From: Eledone cirrhosa
Lineage: Eukaryota
Reading direction: 5' to 3'
Assembly: GCA_964016885.1 (NCBI GenBank)
Contig: OZ024762.1
Location: forward strand, 15,872,001 to 15,936,000
Length of the DNA stretch: 64,000 nucleotides
Below are positions 40,521-51,544 of this stretch, in pieces; position 1 is the stretch's first letter; every line of letters begins with the position of its first letter. The notes beneath the pieces are model-generated. The model was given only the letters and a program-made list of their open reading frames with translations, was not told where the DNA came from and did not search any database. A program made the position numbers and the translations under genes.

Positions 40521-41186
40521 GCATCATTTTTGTCCATCGCTGTCTTTGAAAACATTTAGCTGTTTCAACAGCTGTTCTAGAGATGAGTTTTCTCATTTTT
40601 GTGGTGTGAAGCAAAGGAACCTACCTTGCATCTCCATTTGAATCCTGATTGAATATCCACAGTGCCGACGTCTGACCAAGAATTACAGAACTTCTCACAC
40701 TCACAATTATAACATGTCCACACTCGGCTATGACTTGAACAAAGGAGGCCATGATAGGCACCCAAACCCTGATGTGACATCACTCGTCCCTCGCTTTCAG
40801 TAAGATCTCGGCCACACTTCCAGAAGTCCCCTTTTCAGCAGCTCCACAATAGTAAATACAATAGTAAATATGTGACAGTGCATGACAGCTCACACCTATG
40901 CAGGTTTAGCTGGCCTCCTCCAAGGTATATCTCGTTGGAGGTGTCTTGGGTAATTTAATGATAGGGACCCTAGTCCTATCATCTCATTTCTACAGCTGAG
41001 TAAACTGGAGCAACGTGAAATAAAGTGTCTTGCTCAAGGAAACAACACATCACCTGGGTGCGAGAATTGAACTCACAACCTTTCAATTGAAAGCCCAATT
41101 CTCTAACCACTAAGCCATGCGCCTTCACATAGTAAATATAGGGTAATGTAAATGCTAAAGGGTTAATTACCAGTTCTTCCAAAATC

Positions 41187-41192
41187 TTTATT
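41187..41192 (-). terminator. Probable polyadenylation signal of the SOD gene
   Basis: AATAAA on minus, about 510 nt after the stop codon. Confidence 0.55.
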
Positions 41193-41700
41193 GAAATAAA
41201 ACATTTGAATAAAACAAATTAGATTTTAAAAGACATTTAATCAATTCAGATTTTACATTAAACTTGAATAACAAATAAACCAGGAATGGTATACTTCCAA
41301 AAAATACTTTGCAAAAAGATATTTTTCTAGAAATTTAATGAAAAATGTTTCTCTAAACTTAAAGTATATTATAATAATGTAAATTATTGTATTCAGTGCT
41401 CAGGTGCACTACAACATATGCTCTGTAATATTTTTGAACTCAATTATCCTGACCTTACACAATATCTCACCATGTTAGAGTATTTTGATGTGTATGGTTG
41501 CAGATAATTATAATAGACTGAGTTATCTACATCTTCATATATATCACTTTAGTAGATACCTCCATTTATAATTATATTTCTTTAGATAAATATGCAATAT
41601 TTTTGGCAAAAGAATAAGAATATTTTATAAAAGCATAACCAATATCATAGTAGGGTATTTTTTTATGAGAATGTTAAACAAGTTTAAGAGTTTTCATCTT

Positions 41701-41835
41701 TTAATCAGTATATTCTACATGATTATCTCCTTCTGCATGTAGGTGACTTTCCATTTCAGGTTCTTCAGCACTAGTGATAACACAGCAGCCAATACTTTTA
41801 CCAGTGTCACCACCATCATCAGCATTCTCGTGTAA
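41701..41835 (-). CDS. SOD3: Extracellular Cu/Zn SOD-like protein, exon 6
   Basis: ctacag acceptor, phase 0; LHENADDGGDTGKSIGCCVITSAEEPEMESHLHAEGDNHVEYTD*. Confidence 0.9.
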   Translation of the reverse strand, partial: LHENADDGGDTGKSIGCCVITSAEEPEMESHLHAEGDNHVEYTD

Positions 41836-42127
41836 CTGTAGGAAATTCAAAACATTTATTAGAAAATTTAAATGCAAAACAAATTTATAGACATATAATG
41901 GAAAACATAAGGATGAAAGGCAAAATCAACGTCGGCGGGATTTGAACTCAGACCGTATAGGGTCGTAACTCTATGCCGCAAAGCATGGCGTCTGATCCTC
42001 TAGCGATACTGCCAATCCACCGGCCTTGAGCAAATGATAATAATAGTTTTAGTAGAAATCTGAAGAAATAATTGTCATGAATGATAGAATGATAGAAAAA
42101 TTTAGAATAATTCTGGTGACTACATAC

Positions 42128-42251
42128 CACAATGGAACGTCCAATGATGGAATATTCTCCAACCAAAGTTGCTACAGTGTCTACGAAGTTGGCGTTGATC
42201 AATCCATTATAGTTGGCGTAAATACTTCCCCAATCTCCAGCATGACGAAGT
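42128..42251 (-). CDS. SOD3: Extracellular Cu/Zn SOD-like protein, exon 5
   Basis: tttaag/gtatgt, phase 2/0; LRHAGDWGSIYANYNGLINANFVDTVATLVGEYSIIGRSIV. Confidence 0.95.
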
Positions 42252-42285
42252 CTTAAACATTAATGGTATTTTGTTAATTAGTCAG

Positions 42286-42353
<68 letters not shown>

Positions 42354-42397
42354 AAGTTAAATAAAAGTCAAATGATTAAAATTTAGCTTCGTTTATT

Positions 42398-42452
42398 ACT
42401 GCTATATATATTTCAGTGACAGCCATCTTTGGCTGTGCCCTCTTCAGGCAGT
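42398..42452 (-). ncRNA. Type I hammerhead ribozyme motif, sense to SOD intron 4
   Basis: actgc CTGAAGA gggcacagcc-aaagat-ggctgtcact GAAA TATATA TA gcagt. Confidence 0.65.
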
Positions 42453-42869
42453 TTGAATTAGTATGGTATAGACAAGTACATATGTTGTTTAGGTGTATAA
42501 TATTGTCAATACTCTGATATGCCCAGTTCCTTGTTGGGTTGTTAATTCACTGAGGAAATATATATATATATATAAACAATATGCCCCCACTCCCCCCACC
42601 GCAAGGTGGTCGTGGAGGTGCCACGGCAAAAAAAGCACCCAGCCCACACTGTAAAGTGGACGCGTAGGCGCCACGAAAAAGCACCCAGCACTCACTGTAA
42701 ATGAGGTTGGTGTTAGGAAGGGCATCCAGCTGTAGAAATCAAGCCAGATCAGTTCCTGTATGAGCAAGGCATGGTCAGCCGACCAAACACTGCCCACAAC
42801 AGGACAACCCGTCTAACCCATGCTAGTGTGGAAGAACGGACGTAAAACGGTGATGATGATGATATATAT

Positions 42870-43705
42870 ATATACATATATATTCATTAGTTAAGCAAAA
42901 CAAGACCACAAATTTCAAATGATTATAGATCATTATTGATCTGGTTCAGTTGAAGATAATTAACTTAGGTAAAATTAGAGCAGCTCATCGGAACTTCAAA
43001 AGGAATATAAATTAAAATAAAGAAAGAATGTTACATGAATGTAATGTTTCATATATTGGTATTTCACTATGGTGTCCTGCTATTGGTATTTCATATGGTG
43101 TCACTATTGTCTGCCATAGTCGAGCAATATTCTTCTGTCGAGGCTGCATTGTGTGAGATCTGCCTATGGGTAACAAGATGGCCGCCAATGGACATATTTA
43201 CCTTACTAATTAGAGGGTGGTTTCAAGGGAAGTAACTCCTCGAGAAATTAGAAATTGTGGGTAGTTTATAGTTAAGAAGTGCTCAATTTTTTTAATTGAG
43301 AAACAATGTAAGGGAGGTAACTTATAATTATCTAAGTTAGCTATAACTATTTAACTTATTAGCTATAAGTAAAAATGGGACCAGATGACTATGTTGGGTC
43401 AAATATTCTGTTGGCGAAGGAATTGGCCCTTCGATGTTGACAGCTAGTAGTTACCTCCGTTCTATAGTTAATCGGTAGAGGTTGTGATAGAGTTATGTAA
43501 TATGCTTCGGTAAGACAGAGGTCACAAGAGTTTCTTTGTCCATTGAACGGTTGGGCCCTAGCCAAGATATCCCATGTTAGTGAGTGTTCAATGCTGGTTA
43601 ATTTAAGGTTTTTAATGAGCCTAGCTAGAGATATCGAACATCAATTGTTAGGGTCTCGGAAGGTAAAAGAGTGCGCGTTATAGCGTACCTTAAAAGGGTT
43701 AGAGG
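42870..43705 (-). mobile_element. Penelope-like element fragment (GIY-YIG C-terminus plus 3' region)
   Basis: TSNPFKVRYNAHSFTFRDPNN*CSISLARLIKNLK..LTWDILARAQPFNGQRNSCDLCLTEAYYI; left boundary approximate. Confidence 0.75.
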
Positions 43706-43721
43706 TATATATATATATATA

Positions 43722-44072
43722 TAAACAATGAGTTATATGGTTTGTTGATTATTCAACAAAGTTAATTTTATAACAGATTAGAAGCACTCTACAAGTTTTA
43801 TCTGGAGTATCATTAATATTAATAATATTAATAAATGGAAAATATCTTTATAAAACCATATTTATTTTATTATATTTTATTATACGTATTTCAAGGGTAC
43901 TAATATCCTCACTGGACTTATATTATTAAGTTCACATGAAGATATGTCGCCATCTTTACACCAAATATTGTATTTTATCTGACAAAAGCGTACTTAAATG
44001 TTAGTACCCTTGAAATACGAATAATAAAATAAATATGGTTTTATAAAGATATTTTCCATTTATTAATATTAT
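43722..44072. mobile_element. PLE pseudo-LTR fold-back remnant with degenerate hammerhead
   Basis: Inverted arms about 43825-43893 / 44001-44072; tattttat CTGACAA..GAAA tacgaa TA ataaaata; shares the ACTCCAG..TGTAGAGTGCTT terminal motif with 13110-13139. Confidence 0.6.
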
Positions 44073-44140
44073 ATATATATATAGATATACACACATATTT
44101 AATGGAGAGAGAATAACAAAGTTTATTTAAAACATTATTA

Positions 44141-44232
44141 TAATTCTACATATGTTTCAATGTATAATGGCGGGCCATACCACGACATACACAAGGCATT
44201 TGCCCATCTCTCTACATATCTTCAGGAAATTA
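44141..44232 (-). ncRNA. Type I hammerhead ribozyme motif, sense to SOD intron 4
   Basis: taatttc CTGAAGA tatgta...tacatt GAAA CATATG TA gaatta. Confidence 0.6.
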
Positions 44233-44633
44233 CATATTGTCATAAGTTTCGACATTAATACATGCAAAAGATAACTTTATACCATAAATGAGGCTCATAC
44301 CATACTAAATAATATAATTGTTTCTACTTTAGGCACAAGGCCAGCAATTATCCCAGTGTATTACTGGTACTTCATTTTATCGACCCCGTAAAGATGAAAG
44401 GCTAAGTTAAGATAATAATAATTGTTTCTACTTTAGGCACAAGGCCAGCAATTATCCCAGTGTATTACTGGTACTTCATTTTATCGACCCCGTAAATCTG
44501 AAAGGCTAAGTTAACCTCGGCGGGATTTGAACTCAGACCATAAAGGGCCGTAACTCTTTGCTGCAAAGCATGGCGTCAGACCCTCTACTGATACTGCCAA
44601 TCCACCGCTCTAATAATACAAAATAATATAATG

Positions 44634-45248
44634 ATTTCTCTATTAACCACAAGGGTTTACATAAAGTAGACATTAAGGACAGTGCAGGACAATGCAGGAC
44701 GGTACAAATGGGCATTTCTGCGTGTAAAAAACAAAAACAGAGGATGTAACAAAAAATAACAATGAAAAATTCCCCAATAGGGGGCAGACTTCGGAGGGAC
44801 ATTTGTGGAGAAAGCCCAGTAAAAAGCCACAATGACCCTGACCACCAAGGCAAGTGCCCTCTCCCAGTTTTCCACCTTTAGTTTACAGATATATACTCAG
44901 AGTCGGCCCATTCACTCGGGCCATTCTTGCTTCTCTCACCCATCTTTCAACAAAATGCTGGGAAGAGAGCACTTCCTTCTCTACTCTGATTTTCCTTTTC
45001 AAATGAAATTTGAAAAAGTCAATCAGAGCATCACCGAAGAGGTAAGTGCTCGTATTCAGCCCTTTCAAACGTGTCCACCATACTATCTCTTTCGCCATGG
45101 CCACCAGACAGATAAAAACTGCCGCCCTTCCCGGCTAAAGGAGGAGGGCGGGGCAATCCTCACGATAGACTCAGATGATAGCTGGATCCGTCCTAAACGC
45201 GACAGCAGGTGTTCGACATAAACCCACAAGTCAGCAATTTTCGGACAT
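44634..45248 (-). mobile_element. Tx1/L1-like LINE 3' fragment
   Basis: MAKEIVWWTRLKGL..FFKFHLKRKIRVE homologous to the 53907-54716 ORF; 15-bp TSD caaaataatataatg (44619-33, 45249-63). Confidence 0.85.
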
Positions 45249-45794
45249 CAAAATAATATAATGCAATATATATATATCATTATCATCATCATCACCGTTT
45301 TACGTCCATTCTTCCACGCTAGCATGGGTTAGACGGGTTGTCCTGTTGCGGGCAGTGTCCAGTCGGCTGACTTTGTCTTGCTCATACGGGAACTGATTCT
45401 GGCTTGATTTCTACAGCTGGATGCCCTTCCTAACACCAACCTCATTTACAGTGAGTGCTGGGTGCTTTTTTTCCGTGGTGCCTACACGACCACTTTGCAA
45501 TGGGAGGGGGTGGGGGCATATATATATAGCCTGGAATCGAATAGACCACAAATAAAAGCAGTACTCAATACATGGCAAAATGCAGAGTGGATATAATAGT
45601 GGAAATAGAGGATATACTGTGAGCTTGGCAGTTTCAGCTAGTCACCTAGCTGAAACTGCCAGGTCCACAGTAGATACTCTTCTTTCACTAATATCATATA
45701 TATACATGCAGAAGATAACTTTATATATAGCAAAAATGGATAAATACTACAGCAAATCATTTTGTTAAAGGAAGAACACTGTAACAATTCTACT

Positions 45795-46060
45795 TAACCC
45801 TTTAGCATTTAAACCGGCCATATCCGGCCAGAATTCTTTCACCTCTTTCTGTTCAAACTGGCTATAACCGGCCGTTCATATTTATATTAAGGTATTGTTC
45901 TCAAAATAGATAATATCAAAATCTCATAGATTCGATATTATGTGAGGTAAAGCCTTTATCATGAAAATACAATAATAAATATAGAGTAATGTAAATATTA
46001 TGTGAAATAATTATGTGAGGTAAAAGCCTTTGCCACAAAATGTAATAGTAAATATATAGA
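45795..46060 (-). mobile_element. piggyBac-like MITE, inverted partial copy
   Basis: TTAACCCTTTAGCATTTAAACCGGCC end and the same body. Confidence 0.75.
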
Positions 46061-46627
46061 AGGTACATTTACAATAGTAAATATATAGGAGGCTTGCAAT
46101 CGAAAGGTTGTGGGTTCAATTCTCACACTGGGTGATGTGTTGTTTCTTGAGCAAGACACTTTATTTCACATTGCTCCAGTTTATTCAGCTGTAGAAATGA
46201 GATGATAGGGACAGTGGTCGTGGAGGTGCCACAGCAAAAAAGCACCCAGCCCACACTGTAAAGTGGACGTGCAGGCGCCACAGCAAAAAAGCACCCAGCA
46301 CTCACTGTAAATGTCCATTGAACGGTTGGGCCCTAGCCAAGATAGCCCATGTTAATGAGTGTTCAATGCTGGTTAATTTAAGGTTTTTAATGAACCTAGC
46401 TAGAGATATCGAACATCAATTGTTAGGGTCTCGGAAGGTAAAAGAGTGGTGTTAGGAAGGGCATCCAGCTGTAGAAATCAAGCCAGAATCAGTTCCCATC
46501 CCACCCTTGCAAGCAGGGAAAAGTGGACGTAAAATGATGATGATGATGATAGAGTAATGTAAATGGTAAAGGGTTAAACGCTATCTGTTTCTCATCAATA
46601 ACCAATAATAAAGAACAAGAAACATAC

Positions 46628-46806
46628 TCATGATCAGCGTCTTTTGATCCATGTTTGTGATTGTGAGGATTGTAGTGACCTCCTAAATTATCGCAGCCTT
46701 TTGATGTGTCGTTTAGTTCATGAACGTGAAGACCATAACCTTTCTTGGGATTATCTGCCGGAAAGCCAGACAGTTTGATGTGGACTTTCAATTGGGTCAA
46801 AGTTTC
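46628..46806 (-). CDS. SOD3: Extracellular Cu/Zn SOD-like protein, exon 4
   Basis: ctccag/gtatgt, phase 0/2; ETLTQLKVHIKLSGF..YGLHVHELNDTSKGCDNLGGHYNPHNHKHGSKDADHE. Confidence 0.95.
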
Positions 46807-47289
46807 CTGGAGAATTCAACAAAAATGGATGAAAGCATTAATTGATACAATATTTTATTTTTTTTCCTTTTTTGAAATTTCGTTTTTAATGTTTTTGTTT
46901 TATTTTTTTACAAATAACTGATAGTATGGGTGGTGTCGTAGGAACAACATATTAACCCTTTCATGGCCACATTTCTAATGAAATACACTCCGCCCATCCG
47001 TCGTCCGTCTTCCAAGTTATGTTTTAATTAATGAAGAATTTTGAGGGATTTACGAAAAATATTAATTATTTCATTACTAAGATAGTAACTTAAAGTAGGT
47101 TCTTATATGAAATTATGTTGGAATATTTTAATTTAAATTGGAAACCTTTAAAAGGGGTGGTTTTATTTCATAGAACCAGAGCTGGGTTTGGCTGGGTTGG
47201 TAACTAAAGGGTTAGTATGCAGACTTTCTGATGGTGTGGTGCCATAACTGGCAAGGGTGGTGTCATAGTTTCTCATGGTATAGTGCTAT

Positions 47290-47702
47290 AACTAACAACC
47301 ATCATAAACACCACCACCACCACCACTACTACCATCACCACCACCACCACCACTACTACTACCATCACCACCACCACCACCACTACTACCATCACCACCA
47401 CTACTACCATCACTACCACCACCACCACTACTACCATCACCACCACTACCACTACCACCACCACTACCACCACCACCACCACTACCACTATCATCACCAC
47501 CACCACCACCACTACCACCACCACTACCACCACTACTACCACCACCACCACCACTACCACTATCATCACCACCACTCCCACTATCACCACCACTACTACC
47601 ACCACCACTACCACTACTACCACCACCACTACTACCACCACCACCACCACCACCACCACCACTACCACCACCACCACCACTACCACCACCACCACCACCA
47701 CG
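47290..47702. repeat. (ACC/ACT)n microsatellite
   Basis: Directly visible. Confidence 0.95.
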
Positions 47703-47798
47703 TATGGATAAAAGGTAAAGCTACACAAAATTAGTAATTTGAGATTAAGGGTTTTTCTTTGGAATTCCATTGTTTGAGGATTTATAAAACAATCTTAC

Positions 47799-47872
47799 CT
47801 GCACCAAATGGATGTGGCCTGTGACTGCCAGTTTTTTGTCGGAGATAAATTCACAATGGGCTTCCGCTGATT
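47799..47872 (-). CDS. SOD3: Extracellular Cu/Zn SOD-like protein, exon 3
   Basis: actgtag/gtaaga, phase 1/0; ESAEAHCEFISDKKLAVTGHIHLVQ (first beta strands, SOD3-type N-terminal Cys). Confidence 0.9.
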
Positions 47873-47897
47873 CTACAGTAAAATAGAAAGTTTACTT

Positions 47898-48790
47898 TAT
47901 CTCTTAATATTCTGTAATGATTTAGCAGGAAATATCTAAAATCTACGTCTGTTAATTCAAATGTTTCTAGTATATTTACTAGTGGACAGATTGTTGTGAA
48001 AATATGTAGTTTTATCTCTTAATATCCTGTAATGATTTAGCAGGAAATATCTAAAATCTACGTCTGTTAGTTTAAATGATTTTAGTATCTTTACTTGTGG
48101 ACAGATTGTTGTGAAAATATGTAGTAATATCTCTTAATATCCTGTAATGATTTAGCAGGAAATATCTAAAATCTACGTCTGTTAATTCAAATGTTTCTAG
48201 TATCTTTACTAGTGGACAGATTGTTGTGAAAATATGTAGTAATATCTCTTAATATCCTGTAATGATTTAGCAGGAAATATCTAAAATCTACGTCTGTTAG
48301 TTTAAATGATTTTAGTATCTTTACTTGTGGACAGATTGTTGTGAAAATATGTAGTAATATCTCTTAATATCCTGTAATGATTTAGCAGGAAATATCTAAA
48401 ATCTACGTCTGTTAATTCAAATGTTTCTAGTATCTTTACTAGTGGACAGATTGTTGTGAAAATATGTAGTAATATCTCTTAATATCCTGTAATGATTTAG
48501 CAGAAAATATCTAAAATCTACGTCTGTTAATTCAAATGTTTCTAGTATATTTACTTGTGGACAGATTGTTGTGAAAATATGTAGTAATATCTCTTAAGAT
48601 CCTGTAATGATTTAGCAGGAAATATCTAAAATCTACGTCTGTTAGTTTAAATATTTCTAGTATCTTTACTTGTGGACAGATTGTTGTGAAAATATGTAGT
48701 AATATCTCTTAATATCCTGTAATGATTTAGCAGAAAATATCTAAAATCTACGTCTGTTAATTCAAATGTTTCTAGTATATTTATTAGTGG
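47898..48790. repeat. Minisatellite, about 115-bp unit, about 8 copies
   Basis: tatctcttaatatcctgtaatgatttagcaggaaatatctaaaatctacgtctg...gtgaaaatatgtagtaa. Confidence 0.95.
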
Positions 48791-49021
48791 ATTCAATCAT
48801 TAGACCTCAACATCATCATCATCAACATTATCGCCATCATCATCATCAACATTATCGCCATCATCATCATCATCGCCATTATCATCATCAAGCTCAACAA
48901 CAACAACATTATCACCATCATCACCATCATCATCATCATTATCATGAACCTCGACAACAACAATATCATCATCATCATCGTCAAAAACATCATCACCATC
49001 ATCATCAGTGTGTTTGCTTTT

Positions 49022-49061
<40 letters not shown>

Positions 49062-49069
<8 letters not shown>

Positions 49070-49551
49070 ATACTTGGGGAGGGTCATATTGTTGTAATAA
49101 TATTGCCAGAAATAATAACAGAACACACTCACTGTTTGGTTGGTTTTCACTTCTGTATCTTTTATATCTCCATAGTTAATTTATTTGGCAATCAATGTTT
49201 ATCATTGATTGACCAGCGGTTAAAAATACAGATATAAATATATATATATATATAGTCTAACAAAGTTCTTTCGTTGCACATCTGCAACATCATCAGTGGT
49301 ACTGTTATGTTTCCTTCTATTGTTTTGTATTGTATTGTATTGTATTGTATGTCTACGCCATTTTTATTATTATTTTTATATCTGTATTTTTAACCGCTGG
49401 TCAATCAATGATAAACATTGATTGCCAAATAAATTAACTATGGAGATATAAAAGATACAGAAGTGAAAATCAACCAAACAGTGAGTGTGTTCTGTTATTA
49501 TTTCTGGCAATATTATTACAACAATATGACCCTCCCCAAGTATAACAATAT
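49062..49551. repeat. Long inverted repeat, 177-bp arms, 136-bp loop
   Basis: 49062-49238 is the reverse complement of 49375-49551, with one mismatch seen. Confidence 0.95.
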
Positions 49552-50079
49552 TTGTTTCGACACACGATATCATATCAAAAACCTTGATATATATATATAT
49601 ATGGAGGCACATGGCTTAGTGGTTAGAGCATTGGCCTTGCATCATTGAATCATTTGCTACCGGGCCGCAAAGAAATAATTGTATAAAATTATATAATAGA
49701 TAAAGGCGCATGGCTTAGTGGTTAGAGCATTGGGCTTGCAACTGAAAGGTTGTGAGTTCAATTCTCAGACCGGGTGATGTGTTGTTTCCTTGAGCAAGGC
49801 ACTTTATTTCACATTGCTCCAGTTTACTCAGCTGTAGAAATGAGATGATAGGGACTGGGGTCCCTATCATTCCACTGTAAAGTGGTCGTGGAGGTGCCAC
49901 GGCAAAAAAAGCACCCAGCACTCACTGTAAATGGGGTTGGTGTTAGGAAGGGCATCCAGCTGTAGAAATCAAGCCAGAATCAGTTCCCGTCCCACCCTTG
50001 CAAGCAGGGAAAAGTGGACGTAAAATGAAATGATGAAAATGATGATGAATGGTGACACATATATTGTCTTACTACCTAC

Positions 50080-50268
50080 CCTCGAGGAAGGAGCCAAACT
50101 GGTGATAATGAGTACCTCCATGATTGTGGTGTTTTCCTCCACCAGCTTGTACCCCATGAACATGGATGTGGACTTCGTTAAGACGTTTTTCCATCGATGT
50201 CACCAAAGAAACCAGATAAGTGACATCCTTCTGAATTTCCGTAAGTTGGTCTGAATTAATCGGTCCGG
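50080..50268 (-). CDS. SOD3: Extracellular Cu/Zn SOD-like protein, exon 2 (helical plus His-rich extension)
   Basis: tttttcag/gtaggt, phase 1/1; GPINSDQLTEIQKDVTYLVSLVTSMEKRLNEVHIHVHGVQAGGGKHHNHGGTHYHQFGSFLE. Confidence 0.8.
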
Positions 50269-50579
50269 CTGAAAAATATTTTTTAAAAAAAGTATATCTT
50301 TATATATTGTGATGTCACTATTTGCATGTTTGTATCTGGATACTTGTAACAACATTTATACTCCTGAAGATATGTAGAGCAGCAGGCTCTCTCTCTCTAT
50401 ATATATATATAGTATATATATATATATATATACTGAGGTACGACCAACTGTCCTACAGTAAGACTTTTGTAGAGTAAAAGCATGTTATAAGTCTAAACTG
50501 GTTATTCATTCTTTATACATATATATATATACAAAATACAAAATATAAAACAATCAAATCTTAGTTTAATACATTTAAT

Positions 50580-50626
50580 TGCTGACAATTGTTTCTTCCA
50601 GACGAATGTCTGGAATCATCAGAGCA
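50580..50626 (-). ncRNA. Minimal type I hammerhead ribozyme motif, sense to SOD intron 1
   Basis: tgct CTGATGA ttccagac-attc-gtctggaa GAAA CAATTG TC agca: intact core, perfect 8-bp helix II, palindromic helix III, GUC site. Confidence 0.8.
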
Positions 50627-51544
50627 TACACAATGCTTAAACAGGTAACTATAATCTGTCTCAAGCTCCAAGACTTATTAGGCCAGATCTGATCCTGGTT
50701 TCTTTGGCATCAAGCAACTGGGAATACAAAATTCTTCCCCTGGATAGGACACCAGTCCATTACAGGTTTAAAATTTGTTTCAAGCCGAGGCTCACCAGGC
50801 CAGTGGTTATCTCAGTTTCCTTGGAGTTAAAACTGAGAATACAAGACTCCCCCAGTTCATCGCAGGCTTAAACCCCCAGCTATTGCTGGTACTCATTTTC
50901 AGCTGAATATACTGGAGCTGTTTGAAATGGTGTTTTACTCAAGAACACAAAACATTGTCAAACCCACAACATTATGATCATAAGTCCAACACACTAACCA
51001 CTAGGCCTCCGATACAGAAGGACATACAGACACACACACGTACATATATATCCATATGTAGTTGACAGCCAAGAGAAAAGAGTACTCAATACTGAAGTAG
51101 AGTTTAAATATTCATTTTATTAAGGCTAGATAATTGTTTGTACATTTGGCACAAGGGCAGCAATTTGAGGCGAAAGGAAAAGTCGAAAAAATCGGCCCCA
51201 GTGCGTTGCTGGTACTTTATTTTATCGACCCCATAAGGATAAAAGGCAAAGCTAACCTCAGCAGAATTTGAACTCAGAATGTAAAGGGTCATAACTCTAT
51301 ATGGCAAAGCATTTTGACCGACACTCTACCAATTCTGCCAATCCACCACCCTCTATATAAAGCTAAATTATAAAATGAATATGTGTGTGTGTTTTACTTA
51401 AAAACGCAACACACAATCTTGTCCAGGAATCAGACCGACAACATTATGATCATAAGTCCAACATACTAACCGCCATTGACAATGGTAGATGGTGGTAAAA
51501 CAAAAACAAAACAAAAAAAGCAAAGAAAAGAAAAGAAAAAATAA

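Noticed and set aside
39967-40614. 215-aa ORF with 27-aa repeats
   Set aside because: 81-bp minisatellite that happens to be stop-free; no recognisable domain or splice support
47231-49179. Poly-His and Asp-rich ORFs as extra metal-binding SOD exons
   Set aside because: (ACC)n and (ATC)n microsatellites; SOD exons 2, 3 and 4 join in phase without them and no convincing splice sites flank them
50030-50254. Plus-strand ORF faintly like the MPND C-terminus (YPMNMDVDF)
   Set aside because: It is the antisense of SOD exon 2, which has proper splice sites and phases
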